In this document: positions 52,732 to 64,000 of the stretch, one piece after another | Layout: each line of letters starts with the position of its first letter | Position numbering within the stretch: the stretch's first letter is position 1 | Origin: Camelus dromedarius | Taxonomy: Eukaryota | Assembly (NCBI RefSeq): GCF_036321535.1 | Contig: NC_087436.1 | Coordinates: 82,028,001-82,092,000 of the forward strand | Length of the DNA: 64,000 nt | Reading direction: 5' to 3' | Program-made: the position numbers and the translations under genes | The notes under the pieces: model-generated | Told to the model about the DNA's origin: nothing | Databases searched by the model: none | Seen by the model: the letters and a program-made list of their open reading frames with translations, nothing else

Positions 52732-53279
52732 GGTGAATTGTTACAGTCCAATTTCCTAACACAGGTGCCTGATGTAATGACTCAGATCTTCCGTTCACTT
52801 TGCCTGAAATGATTGCAACACATCTAATTACTATTAAAATAAAATATGCACTTGACTATGTTTTATATTCAAATAATAAAAAGATTCCCCCCAAAACTTC
52901 TAAATGTCAGAACGTCCCTAATCAATGTTCATTGAACAGAACTCCTAATGTAGAACTGTGTTCTCGTTTACTTTCCACGAACTCATTTTATCATTTCTTC
53001 CCAAGTAAGAAGAAAATGCCAGGTTAATACATCGGCATTCCGTCCTGATACTCTGTCACTGCCTAAGCCAGCCAAACTGGCTCAACACCTTACCACCAAA
53101 ACGTGTCTGACTGGAGCAATCTTAAGCGACAAATAGCTCTCAGGGCCCAGGAACTTCCCGTCCCCCGCCCGAGCCTTTTAAAGGATACAAACCTTCCCAG
53201 GTTTTCCCTTTTTCAAAAATCTGAACTTGAAAATTGGCCCACTTTAAGTACCACTACCACTTCCCCTCATGAGCATGCT

Positions 53280-54255
53280 TCTTCGGAGTCTCCTCCCCGC
53301 GGGATGCGCAAATTCCAGTAAAAACCGGCTCGGGGGAGTCGGCGGCCGCCGCAGGGCCGGAGGTGGGGAGAGGAAGGGAGAGGGGAGGGGAGGAGGGGGG
53401 AAGGGAGACGGGAGGAGGGGGGAAGGGAGAGGGGAGGGGAGGGGGGGAGGGAGAGGGGAGGGGGGGAGGGAGAGGGGAGGGGGGAAAGGAGGGGGGAAGG
53501 GAGGGGGAGGAGGGGGGAAGGGAGAAAGAAAGGAGGGGGAGGGGAGAGGAGGAGAGGGAGGAAAAGAAGGAGAGAGGGGAGGGCCGTCCAGCGCGCCGTC
53601 CCGCCTCGCTCCTCCTCCCACCCGCACCCCACACGCCGGGGAGGGGGGTGCGCCTCGGGCCTCGCGAGACAGGACCCCCGCAGAAAGGGCCGGCGCCTGA
53701 TTACCGGCACTAGGGGGTCTGGCGGGTTGGGGGAGTTGGGGGGCGGCGGTGCCGCGCGGATCCAGGGCAGAGCGCGCGCCCATCTAGGCGCACATGGCCG
53801 CGCACACGCCTCTTTTCTGCTCGCGCCCGGAGCCGCGGGCGGCCCCGCGTCAAGGCCGGGCCTCAATAAAGGGCTTTGTGGTGCGGGTCCCGCCCGCGAG
53901 AGAGCCTGGGCGCCGGGCCCGGGATAAGGCCCCCGCGGGGTCCCCTCGGTGCCGGGGGCGGGGTGCTCCGTGTCCCACGGCCGAGGACCGGGTCACGCTT
54001 GACGGAGCAAAGCCCACAGCGAAAGAGAGGGCTGTAAGCGAGGCCTTTGCATGAAAACCACACTTCCAGATGTGAGGGGGCTGTGAGAAGAGGTCTGAGG
54101 GCACCACTTACAGAAATGTGCCCAATCCCGACGTGTTGACCGGGAGCGAGTCTCACGGGTGCCTCTGGAGGAGCGGAAGCGTTGTTAGAGGTCACACGTC
54201 CTGGTGCGTCAAGGCGTTTTAAACGCTAAATCTCGAAACTCGTGGCCCGCGTTAA
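53280..54255. promoter_or_regulatory. CpG island, probable C4orf36 promoter and non-coding first exon region
   Basis: The densest CpG/GC-rich block in the window, with GC boxes (ggggcggggt, gggggcggc), lying just upstream of the first coding exon; candidate minus-strand donors at 53704 (CCG|GTAATC) and 54111 (TCT|GTAAGT). Confidence 0.8.
53365..53583 (+). repeat. G-rich polypurine low-complexity tract
   Basis: About 219 nt of only G and A apart from one C at 53409; many G3-G7 runs. Confidence 0.95.
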
Positions 54256-55469
54256 GAGCAAAATAGGATCAGAAAACAAGGCCTGACGGACTCCTTTCTG
54301 AAGTCATTACACCGGGGGGATTCAGAATGTGTTGCTATTTTGATATGTCAGATGATCACGACTTAACGTCAGGTGAAAATAGTTTGCCTCCATTTTGCAT
54401 GAGGGTTTTGGAGTAAGGACTGGTTTGGAATTCTAGGTCTGCCACTTGCTAACTTTAAGATCTTGCCTACGTAAGTTCTCTAGGCCTACATTTCTTCACC
54501 TATAAAGCAAGTAAACTACTCTATTATCTTACAGGGTGGTTGTGTGGGTCAAAGATGGGGTCTGTAAATATTCTCTGCCACAGGATAAGTGCCCAATTAT
54601 CTAATTTTGAACCTAGGAAAACTTTACGGGATGGGCAAGGGAGTACTTACTATTTGAATTGTAGAGAGGAGGATTCCGCTAAGAGAGGCTAAAGGACTGC
54701 CCAAGGTCAGATAGTGGTGAGTTACAGGGCCAACTTTTGAAGGTAAACGCAATACCCTTTCCACCCTGACAAGCTACTTCTGATACTAGCTCCTGCCTAA
54801 TTAGAACAGGCTGGCAGGGTTGACCCACCTGTAGAGGGTACTTTTGTGCCTCCAAGAAACTGGAAGATGAGGACTCCCCTGAGAAGCCAGGAGTGAAAGG
54901 GGCTGTTAGTATTTTAACACAAAGAATGGTGACGCTATCTTTGGATTGTGAAATCAACATAGTAGGATTTGACCTGAATTTTTTAAATTAATTAGCATAG
55001 CCTGGGGGAGGGGAATGAGAGTACAACATGCAAATAAGTATTTTTAAGAATTGTTTTGTGGAACTTTCATTTCTCATACACATGCCTGTGTGTATGCGCT
55101 GTTTCAATATAACTGTAGTTCTTACAGTGGATCTAAAAAGTTTGAAAGCCACTTCTAGGATCATTTCGTTTTAGAAATGAAAAAACTGAGACCAAGTTAT
55201 TAACTGAAGTCACACTCAGATGGGGCAGAGATAGGCCACCTTAGAGTTGAAGTAGCCATGGTGTCGTGACCTGTTCTCTTTTTATAGATGAAGAAATCAA
55301 GATGCAGAGAAAGAATGCAGTGGGTTCAGGATCACACTGAGAGAGACCAGATAGTCTAATTTGTCTACATGGGAACTTCATTTCTGTATACTTATATTAT
55401 TCCTGACACTTGTGTTTAGTTATTTCCTATGTGACTCACTTCAAACAAAAATGGTGGCAGTTAGAGTAT

Positions 55470-55840
55470 GACTTTTGAAACTTGGTCATCAAAGGTATTG
55501 TGGCTTAACCTTCTTGTCGTCTCTCTTGGATCACTAACCCTGGAAGAGGTCAGCTGCCATGTGGGGAGGACACAAACCAACTTATGGAGAAATTCACATG
55601 GTAAGACACTGCATGATTCACGGCCCTCAGAAAATATAAGATTATAAATGTTCATCATTTAAATAGACGTACCCTATGATATAGCAATCCCACTCCTGGG
55701 CATATATCTGGAGAAGACTCTAATTCAAGAAGATATATGCACCCCAATGTTCACAGCAGCACTATTTGTAATAGTCAAGATATGGAAACAACCTAAATGT
55801 CCATTGACAAATGACTGGAAAAAGAAGATGTGGTATGTAT
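55470..55840 (+). mobile_element. MLT1-like LTR fragment followed by a short L1 ORF2-end fragment
   Basis: cttggatcactaaccctggaagaggtcagctgccatg (MLT1), then atagcaatcccactcctgggcatatatc...aacaacctaaatgtccattgaca (L1). Confidence 0.7.
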
Positions 55841-56230
55841 AACCTTCATTTTTCAAGGGTCAGCAGTATATGATAACCATCATTCCCCCATGTGTATTTG
55901 TAAACAAAAATAACACTAAATTCTACAGAATGTGGAAGGGTATCCAATATGGGTCTTGTTCCCCCTGCCCATAATCACTACTTCAGTATTTTCTTATGAA
56001 ATATGAAATTATTTCTAAACATCTCTCCTCTCTCCTCCCCTCCCTCTCCCTTCATTCCCTTTCTCCCTTCTCTCCTTTTTTCTCTATCTCGATCTCGATC
56101 TCTAATCTCTCTCCCCCTGTTTTTCTGGTGCCCTACACACATCTTCCTATTGAATAAGGAAAGATCTTCACTGATCTCAACTATTTTAGAAAGTTGCCAC
56201 CTTTCATTTAAATTGGTTAAGAGAGCATTG

Positions 56231-56244
56231 CTGCCACCTAGTGG
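56231..56244 (-). promoter_or_regulatory. Consensus CTCF binding motif
   Basis: Minus strand reads CCACTAGGTGGCAG, an exact fit to the CTCF core CCASYAGRKGGCRS, in apparently non-repeat DNA. Confidence 0.7.
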
Positions 56245-56781
56245 TAAAACTAAAGTACAAGGAGGACTGCCAAGGAGGTGTAATAATCATAATACAAAAA
56301 CAATACTTGTGTGATAACATTAACTATGCATTGGGCACTGTTTAAGGTACTTCATATACATTGTCTCATGTAATTATCACATCAGTAGATGCTATTATTA
56401 ATTTAGTGATGTGATTTTTGCGTTATTAGAGAAGGAAAAAACAGGCACCTCAAGCAGATCACAGGATTTGACCCAACACTATCTGATATTTTGCTTTCTC
56501 TACCACACTATACATTCCTCCAAGATTGTAATTAGTAATTAGGGCAAGGTTTTAGAGTATATACTTGTAAATATTATTACAACTCCCCTTTTCAAACATT
56601 CTATTAATTTCTCATGTATTCTCTTTTAATTTAAAAGAGCAATGTTTTATTTCTTTTAATATATAAATTACAGATGCAGCATACACTTTTTCATGGCTAC
56701 CCCCAAAACTTCTGTAGGAATGACACCAGCTCTAAGACAATGATAAAGCAATTCATCTGCAAAAGTGTTTAAATCATCAAA

Positions 56782-56975
56782 GATACATATATAAAATAGA
56801 TAAACAAGTTTACACTGTATAGCACAGGAAACTATACTCAATATCTTGTAATAACCTATACTGAAAAAGAATATGAAAACAAATGTATGTATATATATGT
56901 ATGACTGAACTATTATGCTGTACACCAGACATTGACACAATATTGTAAATTGACTATACTTCAATAAAAAAAATT
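56782..56975 (+). mobile_element. Short lineage-specific L1 3' end
   Basis: ataaaatagataaacaagtttacactgtatagcacagg...tatacttcaataaaaaaaa. Confidence 0.85.
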
Positions 56976-59519
56976 CTTAGAAAACAGTAATTGCCCATTT
57001 AACATCCTAATTAATTAATGAAGATTTAATGTACTTTTTAAAAAATCACCAAAGAACTTAACAGCACTGAAAGCCCTAAATATTCTCAACCCCTTTGTAC
57101 AAGCAACTTCTTAATTCTCTTACCTCTCTAACCACTCCTTCCCTGGTTTCCCTCCTCTTCTTCTTCCCCTTAATTTTGTGCATGCCCATCTTCCCCTATT
57201 TATTCTACACCAGTGCTCTCAGCAGCTCTCCTCTTGCTGATGTAACTCACTTCTCTTTGCATGGGCCCCAAATCTGATTCTCTAGCCAGCCTTGCCTTCT
57301 TTCCTGAATTCATATCCTGCATTTGCATGGTTTGTGGGAACTTCCTACCTGAATATCCTGTTCAGTGAAAATTTCAACATATCCAAAATATAATTCATCA
57401 CCTACTCCCTAAACCATCTCTTCTATTTCCAGGGTTGCCCCATGACTCTCCCATGAGCCACACTTAGAGCACTGAATCATTTTAAAGCATATTATTGGGC
57501 GCCTACTCCATGCCAGCCATCATTCTTGGCCATCTGACATGACATCTGACCCTCACAGCTTAGGAGGAAAGAAGACAATGGTTTCCCTAGTACAGTTAAG
57601 GGGAAAAGAGTTTATAGGATTACAGAATGACTTACATACAATTATACAACTAGTAAGTTGCAGAGCCAAATTTAACCCAGGTCAGTTTCACTCCTGACCT
57701 ACCTCCTTTGAGTTCTCTGGATCTTCTGGGTGGACTATATGTCCCTTTGTCCGTGAGATTTCCATTGCATCCTAGCAACAACATTCACTACACATCCATT
57801 TTATTTGAGGTCAATTGGGTAGGTTTCTGTACCTTAAACACATTATTTTCTGACCAGAACAGAAATTAATAGCCACAGCTAGTGTCCAGTCTTCGCTGCT
57901 CCCCTTAGAGGCAGAAGTTACAGTTTCTCAGGTACCCATTCTGTTCTTCGGGAGGCAAAGCAGATGAGAATCCATTATCCTGATCCAAGACTATGGCATG
58001 TGATTTACAGCCTAGGATTCTCCCCAGTACAAAACCTGGATCCCTGGTGGGGATCCCTGGCTGGTCTCAGGACAGCACCACTATCCTGCATCTGCCATGC
58101 AGTTGTTTACATCAGGAGGACTCAGCCCCTGACAGTGACACTTGAATTCCTCCATTGCACAAGCATAAAGCATTTGTTGTAAGAATAGGAAGAAAGGTCT
58201 TTACCCAGCTTAGTATATGAGGCCTCTGGCAGTGTAACAGTGTCGTCCTATAAAGTTCTAATGAAAGGATTTATCTGCTTCAGCCCGATTGACATTTCAA
58301 TTTCATGCTTATTTATAGTGTTACTTTAAGAGTAGGTAGGAAAGAAGGAGCAATCAGAAAACAATAGATGTCTAGTTATTCATTTGTTAAAATGAGTCAC
58401 ATTTTACTGACTCTTCAAATACATTATAAATCACATCAGTTGAACTCTTTTCCTGAGGAGAAAGACCATGTGAAGAGGTGATGTGCTCTGATAGGAAGAG
58501 TCTAACTAGGAAGCCAAAACACCTGGGCTGGAGACTCCGTAAATATGAACGATTTCTAAGCCTTTGTATCATTTATGAAACCTAATATATAGATCTCAGA
58601 AATGTTTTTATGCTTGGTTCCATGAATTTGTCTAAATCCTATATATAAATATTACAGCACTAAGTCTTTAATAAGTTAGTAAATGATAATAATTTTACCT
58701 ATTTTGTGTTTTGGTATATTTATGTAAAGAATTCTTTATAGTTAATGTACAAAAGGATACCATTTTTTTTAATCCTAAAATCTTTTCTTTTGGAGATATA
58801 TATCCCAGGTTTACCATATCCATATGATATGTTCTTTTTTTTTTCTTTTTTACAACTTAAAGCTTTTATATTACCCACTTACATGAAACATTCATTAACT
58901 TTGCAGGACCTTTGATCATATCCAAAGTGTCCATTGAGACATTTGGTCCATACCAGAAGGTCCTTGATAATTGGCTTTGATATTCTGTCCTGTTCAAAAC
59001 ATCTTTCATATGTTCTTAATTTTATTCATTTCAGAGATCCATATTCCATCCTGAGCTTTAATTCAATTAAATTTAAGCCAATTAACACATATCTATTGAG
59101 CACTTTTCTGTATGCAAGTTTCTGTGATCAGCCCCTGCAGTCTAAACTTCCCCCTTTTCCCCCCTCCCCCCATGTGTAAGAAAAGCTCTTTTCCTTCGAA
59201 GAGTTAAGTCAATTATGAAAAGTATACATTCTCAGCTTGGAGAAATGTGGAAAAAGAAGTTATTGCCTCTCTTTTTGTCAGTTGTAAAAGTTGTCTTAAA
59301 ACAATTAAGTTTCTTTTTTTAAGCCAAAATCTAAAATTAGAATTCATATAAGCCCCCATAGGCAATAAATATCAATCTACCAAAATTCAGGATCTTTAAA
59401 AAAGGAATTATTTCGAAGTGTAGGATCTGTTATACATGCTCAAACACTGACTTCCTAATGTTAAACCTGTCTGTGAATTTAACTCCTTAATTGTTTTGTC
59501 TGCCTAAACCCCTAAGACA

Positions 59520-59745
59520 AATTCTTTTTCTTCAATTTTATCAAAGGGTAATTGACAAATATAATTGTATGTATTTAAAGTGTACAAAGTGATGATTTTG
59601 GTATGCATATACATTATAAAATGATTGCCAGGATCAAGGTAATAAACACATCCATCACTCCACATAGTTAACACAGTTAACTTTGTGTGTGTGTGTTTTC
59701 TTTTTCTTCTTTCCCTTTTCTTTTTTTGGCTGCCCAAGATCTGCT
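59520..59745 (-). mobile_element. L1MA-like 3' end
   Basis: taattgacaaatataattgtatgtatttaaagtgtacaa...aacacatccatcac. Confidence 0.75.
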
Positions 59746-60489
59746 CTACTTCCTTTACTGAACAATGTACCTGTGTGAGTTTTGAGAGGAAATAGGATTT
59801 ACTGTGCTTGACAGAAAGACCAGACTCCTCTTTCTCTGGCTCCACTGGCCAGAACACAGGCTCTCCCCTGTTCTTGGCTCCCTCCTGGGTTTTGGCGTCA
59901 AAAGCAAGTAATTGAAAGCAGCAAGGAGAGTATTATTCTGCCAGTGGTGCCTGAGATAACACAGGGGGTTAACACCAGGAGTGGAGGCACCCTGCAGGTA
60001 GCAGTGCGGTGGAAGTCCAATGCATGGGTCCTGGTGCCAGACTGCGTGGGTCTGAATCCCTGCCGTGCCTCTGATTAGCTGGGTATCGGTCAACTTTACT
60101 AGGTTAACTAGCATCAGACCTATGAATCTTGGACATTACAGTTCTCAACACAGCAGCCAGAGTGATCTGCTTAAAATCAATCCTGAATGATCAGCCAGAG
60201 TCACCAATTCTTAACTGTCTCTCAGGTTCCATTTCTACTTTCACGGTACCAACAATAAATCAACGGACACCCCCTGCAGCTCATTAGTAGGCCCTGCAAA
60301 CTAATATGCTTTTAAATTTTAAGGTTGATCCCATATATACTATATACTCGAGAAAGAAATAGAGGTAAAGCAATGCTAAAACGAACTCCTCTCTACCCTA
60401 CAGTTAAGCAAAGTCTCTCTCAAATGTATCTAAGCAGCTCTAGCCTCCCTGGCTTCCTTGCTGTTTCCCAAGCCCGCAGGGTGTATTCA

Positions 60490-61230
60490 AGTCTCGGGTT
60501 GAATTGTGTCCCCTGAAGATGTGGTGAGGTCCTAACTCCCAGTACGTATGAATGTGACCTTGTTTGGACCTTATTTAGAGTCTTTGCAGATGTAATGAAG
60601 TTAAGATGAGATTGTACTGGAGGGATACACTGGAGTTTGGGATTAACAGATACACACTACTATGTATAAAATAGATCAACAAGGACCTACTGTAGAGCAC
60701 AGGGAACTATATTCAATATCTTGTAATAACCTGTAATGGAAAAGAATCTGAAAAAGAATATATACATCTATATTATATATATGTAATATATATATATACA
60801 CACAATATGTATAACTGAATTACTTTGCTGTACACCTGAAACTAACACAACATTGTAAATCAATGACACTTCAATAAAAATTTTCTTTAAAAAAGATGAG
60901 GTCTTATTGGATTAGCATGGGTCCTAAATACAATCACTGTGTCCTTACAAAAAAGACAGGGACCTAAAGGAAGATCTCCACATGACAAGAGAGGCAAAGA
61001 ACGGAGTGATGTGTCTGTAAGCCCAGGAAGGCCAAGGTTTTCCAGCAAGGATCAGAAGTTAAAGAAGCAAGGAACAGGTTCTCCCTCAGAGCCTCCAAAG
61101 AGAACTTAAGCTTGCCAACGCCTTGATTTCAGACTTCTGGCCCTTCAAGGCATGAAGGAATAAAATGCCTGTTGTTTTAAGCCACCCTGCTTGTGGTACT
61201 TTGTTAGAACAGCCCTACGAAACAAAATAC
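60490..61230 (+). mobile_element. MLT1C/D-like LTR split by an L1 3' end (~60620-60893)
   Basis: gggttgaattgtgtcccc...ctttgcagatgtaatgaagttaagatgag | L1 3'UTR | aagatgaggtc...ccttgatttcagacttctggcc...agccctacgaaacaaataca. Confidence 0.85.
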
Positions 61231-62614
61231 ACCACCTGAGGCTTTTAAACAGACTTTCTCCAGACAGGATGGCACTCCCCTCCATCAAGCCTTTGCTCCA
61301 GGAGACTTTCCCTAACACTCTAGTGTTCCCTACCCTCGCCCCTGCATTGCCAATCCCCTTACCTTGCTCTGCTTTTTTTTTTTTTTTTTTTAAGAAAAAT
61401 GCTTTATTAATAGTTGTCAATTCTTACAAAGTCCAGGCATGTTGCATAGCCTCTGCTCAGCCCAGTCATCTATTATGGGCTGTAAAACATCCATCTCTAA
61501 AATAGCCGCTTGAATTTTGTAAAGTATTAAAGAGTGCTTTCACGAAAGCTAAGTTTTAGCTGACAAAGAATAAATTTATATTAAACAAATGGAAGCAATG
61601 GAAAATATAGGAAATTGCCCTCTCGGATTAAGAATTTAGCTTCACCAAAATGTAAATAAAGTGGTTCCAGCTCAGGGTCTTTTCTGTAACTCTCCAGATG
61701 AGGGAGAACTTTTAACCTCACAGCTTTCTTTCTCTGCCTCATTCTTACTTCCCTTCCTTCCCTCTTCTTAACATCTGTTATGTTTTCTTCCCCATTGACA
61801 TTCTATTTCTCCTTCTTCTGTTGTTCCCTCTTCTCTTTTTCCCCTTTATTCCTTTCTCCTTCTTTGCATTTATTTTTTTCCCTCCATACTTTTAATTCTC
61901 CCTTTATCTCCCTTCTGATGTTGAAATCATTACCTGCTGAGAGAGCCAAGCAAATTCCAGCTCTGCGTTTTGTTTTGTTTTCTGGGTTTTTTTTGGGGGG
62001 TTTTTTTTTTTGGTTTTTTTTTTTTTTTTTGCATTTCGTACCTTCTAACATACCACACAGTTTATACATTTTATTTATTATTATTTAGTGTCAGAATATA
62101 AACTCCTTCGGGGGGGGGATTTCTATTTCTTTCACTACTGTATCCCTAGACCCTTGAACACTCCATAGGGATGAATATTTAGGTAGTAAAAACATAAAGA
62201 ATGGCAACAAAGTGAGTATCATGCAAGACAGCGGTTACGCTTGGAGGGAGAAGGGAGGTAACTGTGAAGTACGTGCAGGGCACTTCTGACTTGCAGGCAG
62301 TGTTCTATTTCTTAACTTGGTTAGCCGTTAAAGGGATGATTCTTCCTTGTAACTTGTTAAATTGTACATTTGTGTTTTATGCATCTTTCTGCAAAAACTA
62401 TTTTTCTACAATAAAAAGCTTTAAGAATTTCTTTCATGGTTTTCCTACAGGGAAAGATGTTACTTTAAAATACTGTTTATAAAACTGTTGTAACTTTACG
62501 ATTATATTAAACTGTACAATATATTCATAATGCCCAAAAAAGCCACAAAGCCATTTTATTTTAAAATGATCTTAGTGGCAGTAATGGGCAAAGCAGCAAC
62601 ATGCCACACGTGGC

Positions 62615-62995
62615 TACTGTCATGGACTGAACTGTGTCCCCCAAATTCATATATTGAAGCCCTAACTCCCCCAAATGTGACGGTATTAGGAGAAAGGGAC
62701 TTCAAGGAGATCATTAAGTGAAATGAGATCAAGGGTGGGGCCCTGATCCAATAGGACTGGTGTCCTCATAAAAGGAAGAGACGCCAGAAGTGCATGCACA
62801 CAGAGGAAAGGGCATGTGAGGACACAGTAAGAAAGCAGCCGTCTGCAAGCCGAGGAGAGAGGCCTCACCGAAAAGCAGGCTTGGCAGCACCTTGATCTTG
62901 AACTTCCAGCCTCCAGAACTATGAGAAAATAACTTTCTGTTGTTAAGCCACCTAGTGTGTGGCATTCCGTGATGGCAGTCCCAGGAGATTAACAC
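62615..62995 (+). mobile_element. MLT1A/B-like LTR
   Basis: tggactgaactgtgtcccccaaattcatatattgaagccctaac...cttgaacttccagcctccagaactatgagaaaata. Confidence 0.85.
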
Positions 62996-63092
62996 AGCTA
63001 CCAACTCATGTTCCCATTCCTTTGTACCTTTTTTCCCTTGTCCCTCTCCCCTCAAAAAACTCACTGCAGTGTGATAAAGAAGTTAAATGATA

Positions 63093-63601
63093 TGTGGATG
63101 TGGTTGTTTAAAAAAACATAACCACAAATCCTTTGACACACCCCCCTTCAAGAAGAAGAGCTTAATTTCCCTCCACTTGAGTATGGGCTGGACTTGGTGA
63201 CTGTCTTCTAGCAAAAGGAACAGAGTAGAAGTGACTGTGTGTGACTCAGAGACTCCACCATCAGAGGCCCTGGGCTCCCTGCATGTTCCTTCTCTCAGAC
63301 CACTTGCCTTGGGGGAAGCCAGCTGCCATGTTGAGCAGTCCTATGGAGTGAGAAACTGAGGCCTCAAGTCAACAGCCACATGAGTGAGCCATCTCAGAAG
63401 TGAGTCCTCCAGCCCCAGCCAAGCCTTCAGATGACCACAGCCCTTGCCAGCATCTTGCCTGCAACCTCAGGAGAGACGCTGGGCCAGAATATCCGACTCA
63501 GCTGCTCTCAAGCTCCAGACCCACAGCAATCCTGAAAGAACATGTTTATTGCTAAGCTGCTAAATTTGGAGTGATTTGTTACTCCAATAGGTAACTAACA
63601 C
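63093..63601 (+). mobile_element. MLT1E/F-like LTR
   Basis: cctccacttgagtatgggctggacttggtgac...agccagctgccatgtt...aagccttcagatgac...aataggtaactaaca. Confidence 0.8.
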
Positions 63602-64000
63602 AAGGGGCTAGATTTCTCTTACATGAGGAAGAAATAAAGAGACACAGAAGGAAAGGTCTGGAAATGAGGATTTAGGAGAAAGAAGTAGAAAGGGTGCAGT
63701 GAGGAGAATTTCGAAGGCTTTCACTTTTTTGGAAAGACAGGGTGAGATTAAGGCAACTGATACAAGAAGTGGGACTTTGGGGACAGAGAGATGCTCAAAG
63801 GTATATTTAGGAAACTTTGCTGGGCTATGTGTTACAAATCTCTCCCCAGTGTTCCTGAAAAACTAAGTAAAAATTCATTTTTTAAATAATAATAAATAAT
63901 AGTAATCTAACACTGCCAAGTGATTCGATGTGTCCCAAGCTTATGGACCACTTATCTAAGTCAACCCTAGTCATTTTATCCTTTTTTACTCAACTTCCCA

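Noticed and set aside
53244..54195. Several long overlapping ORFs (up to 199 aa, Pro- or Gly-rich)
   Set aside because: They result from stop-codon scarcity in a CpG island and G/A low-complexity tract; open in many frames with no recognisable protein.
1..64000. CRISPR arrays, operons, rRNA or foreign/prokaryotic inserts
   Set aside because: None seen; the content throughout fits an intron- and repeat-rich mammalian locus.

Overview
Mammalian genomic DNA, very probably a camelid (alpaca/llama/camel), judged from two vic-1-type tRNA-derived SINEs. It is the PTPN13 - SLC10A6 - C4orf36 locus. It contains the last two coding exons and 3' UTR of PTPN13 (+), all six coding exons of SLC10A6/SOAT (-, 379 aa as read here), all three coding exons of C4orf36 (-, 117 aa) with a CpG island containing a ~220-nt purine-only tract, a consensus CTCF site, and many interspersed repeats (L1, L2, MIR, MLT/ERV LTRs, MER20, Tigger1). 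Most notable observations: (1) a ~340-bp TSD-flanked 'mini-L1' made of the L1 5' terminus joined directly to the L1 3' terminus; (2) two unusual changes in SLC10A6, R256W at a family-conserved arginine and a 1-bp frameshift replacing the C-terminal tail; (3) a diverged ~150-bp direct duplication downstream of the SLC10A6 stop with a near-identical 49-nt core; (4) a perfect 21-bp fold-back hairpin at an L1 5' junction in the last PTPN13 intron. Gene identities and orthologue comparisons come from recalled protein sequences, not a database search. Repeat family names and boundaries are approximate, by-eye calls.
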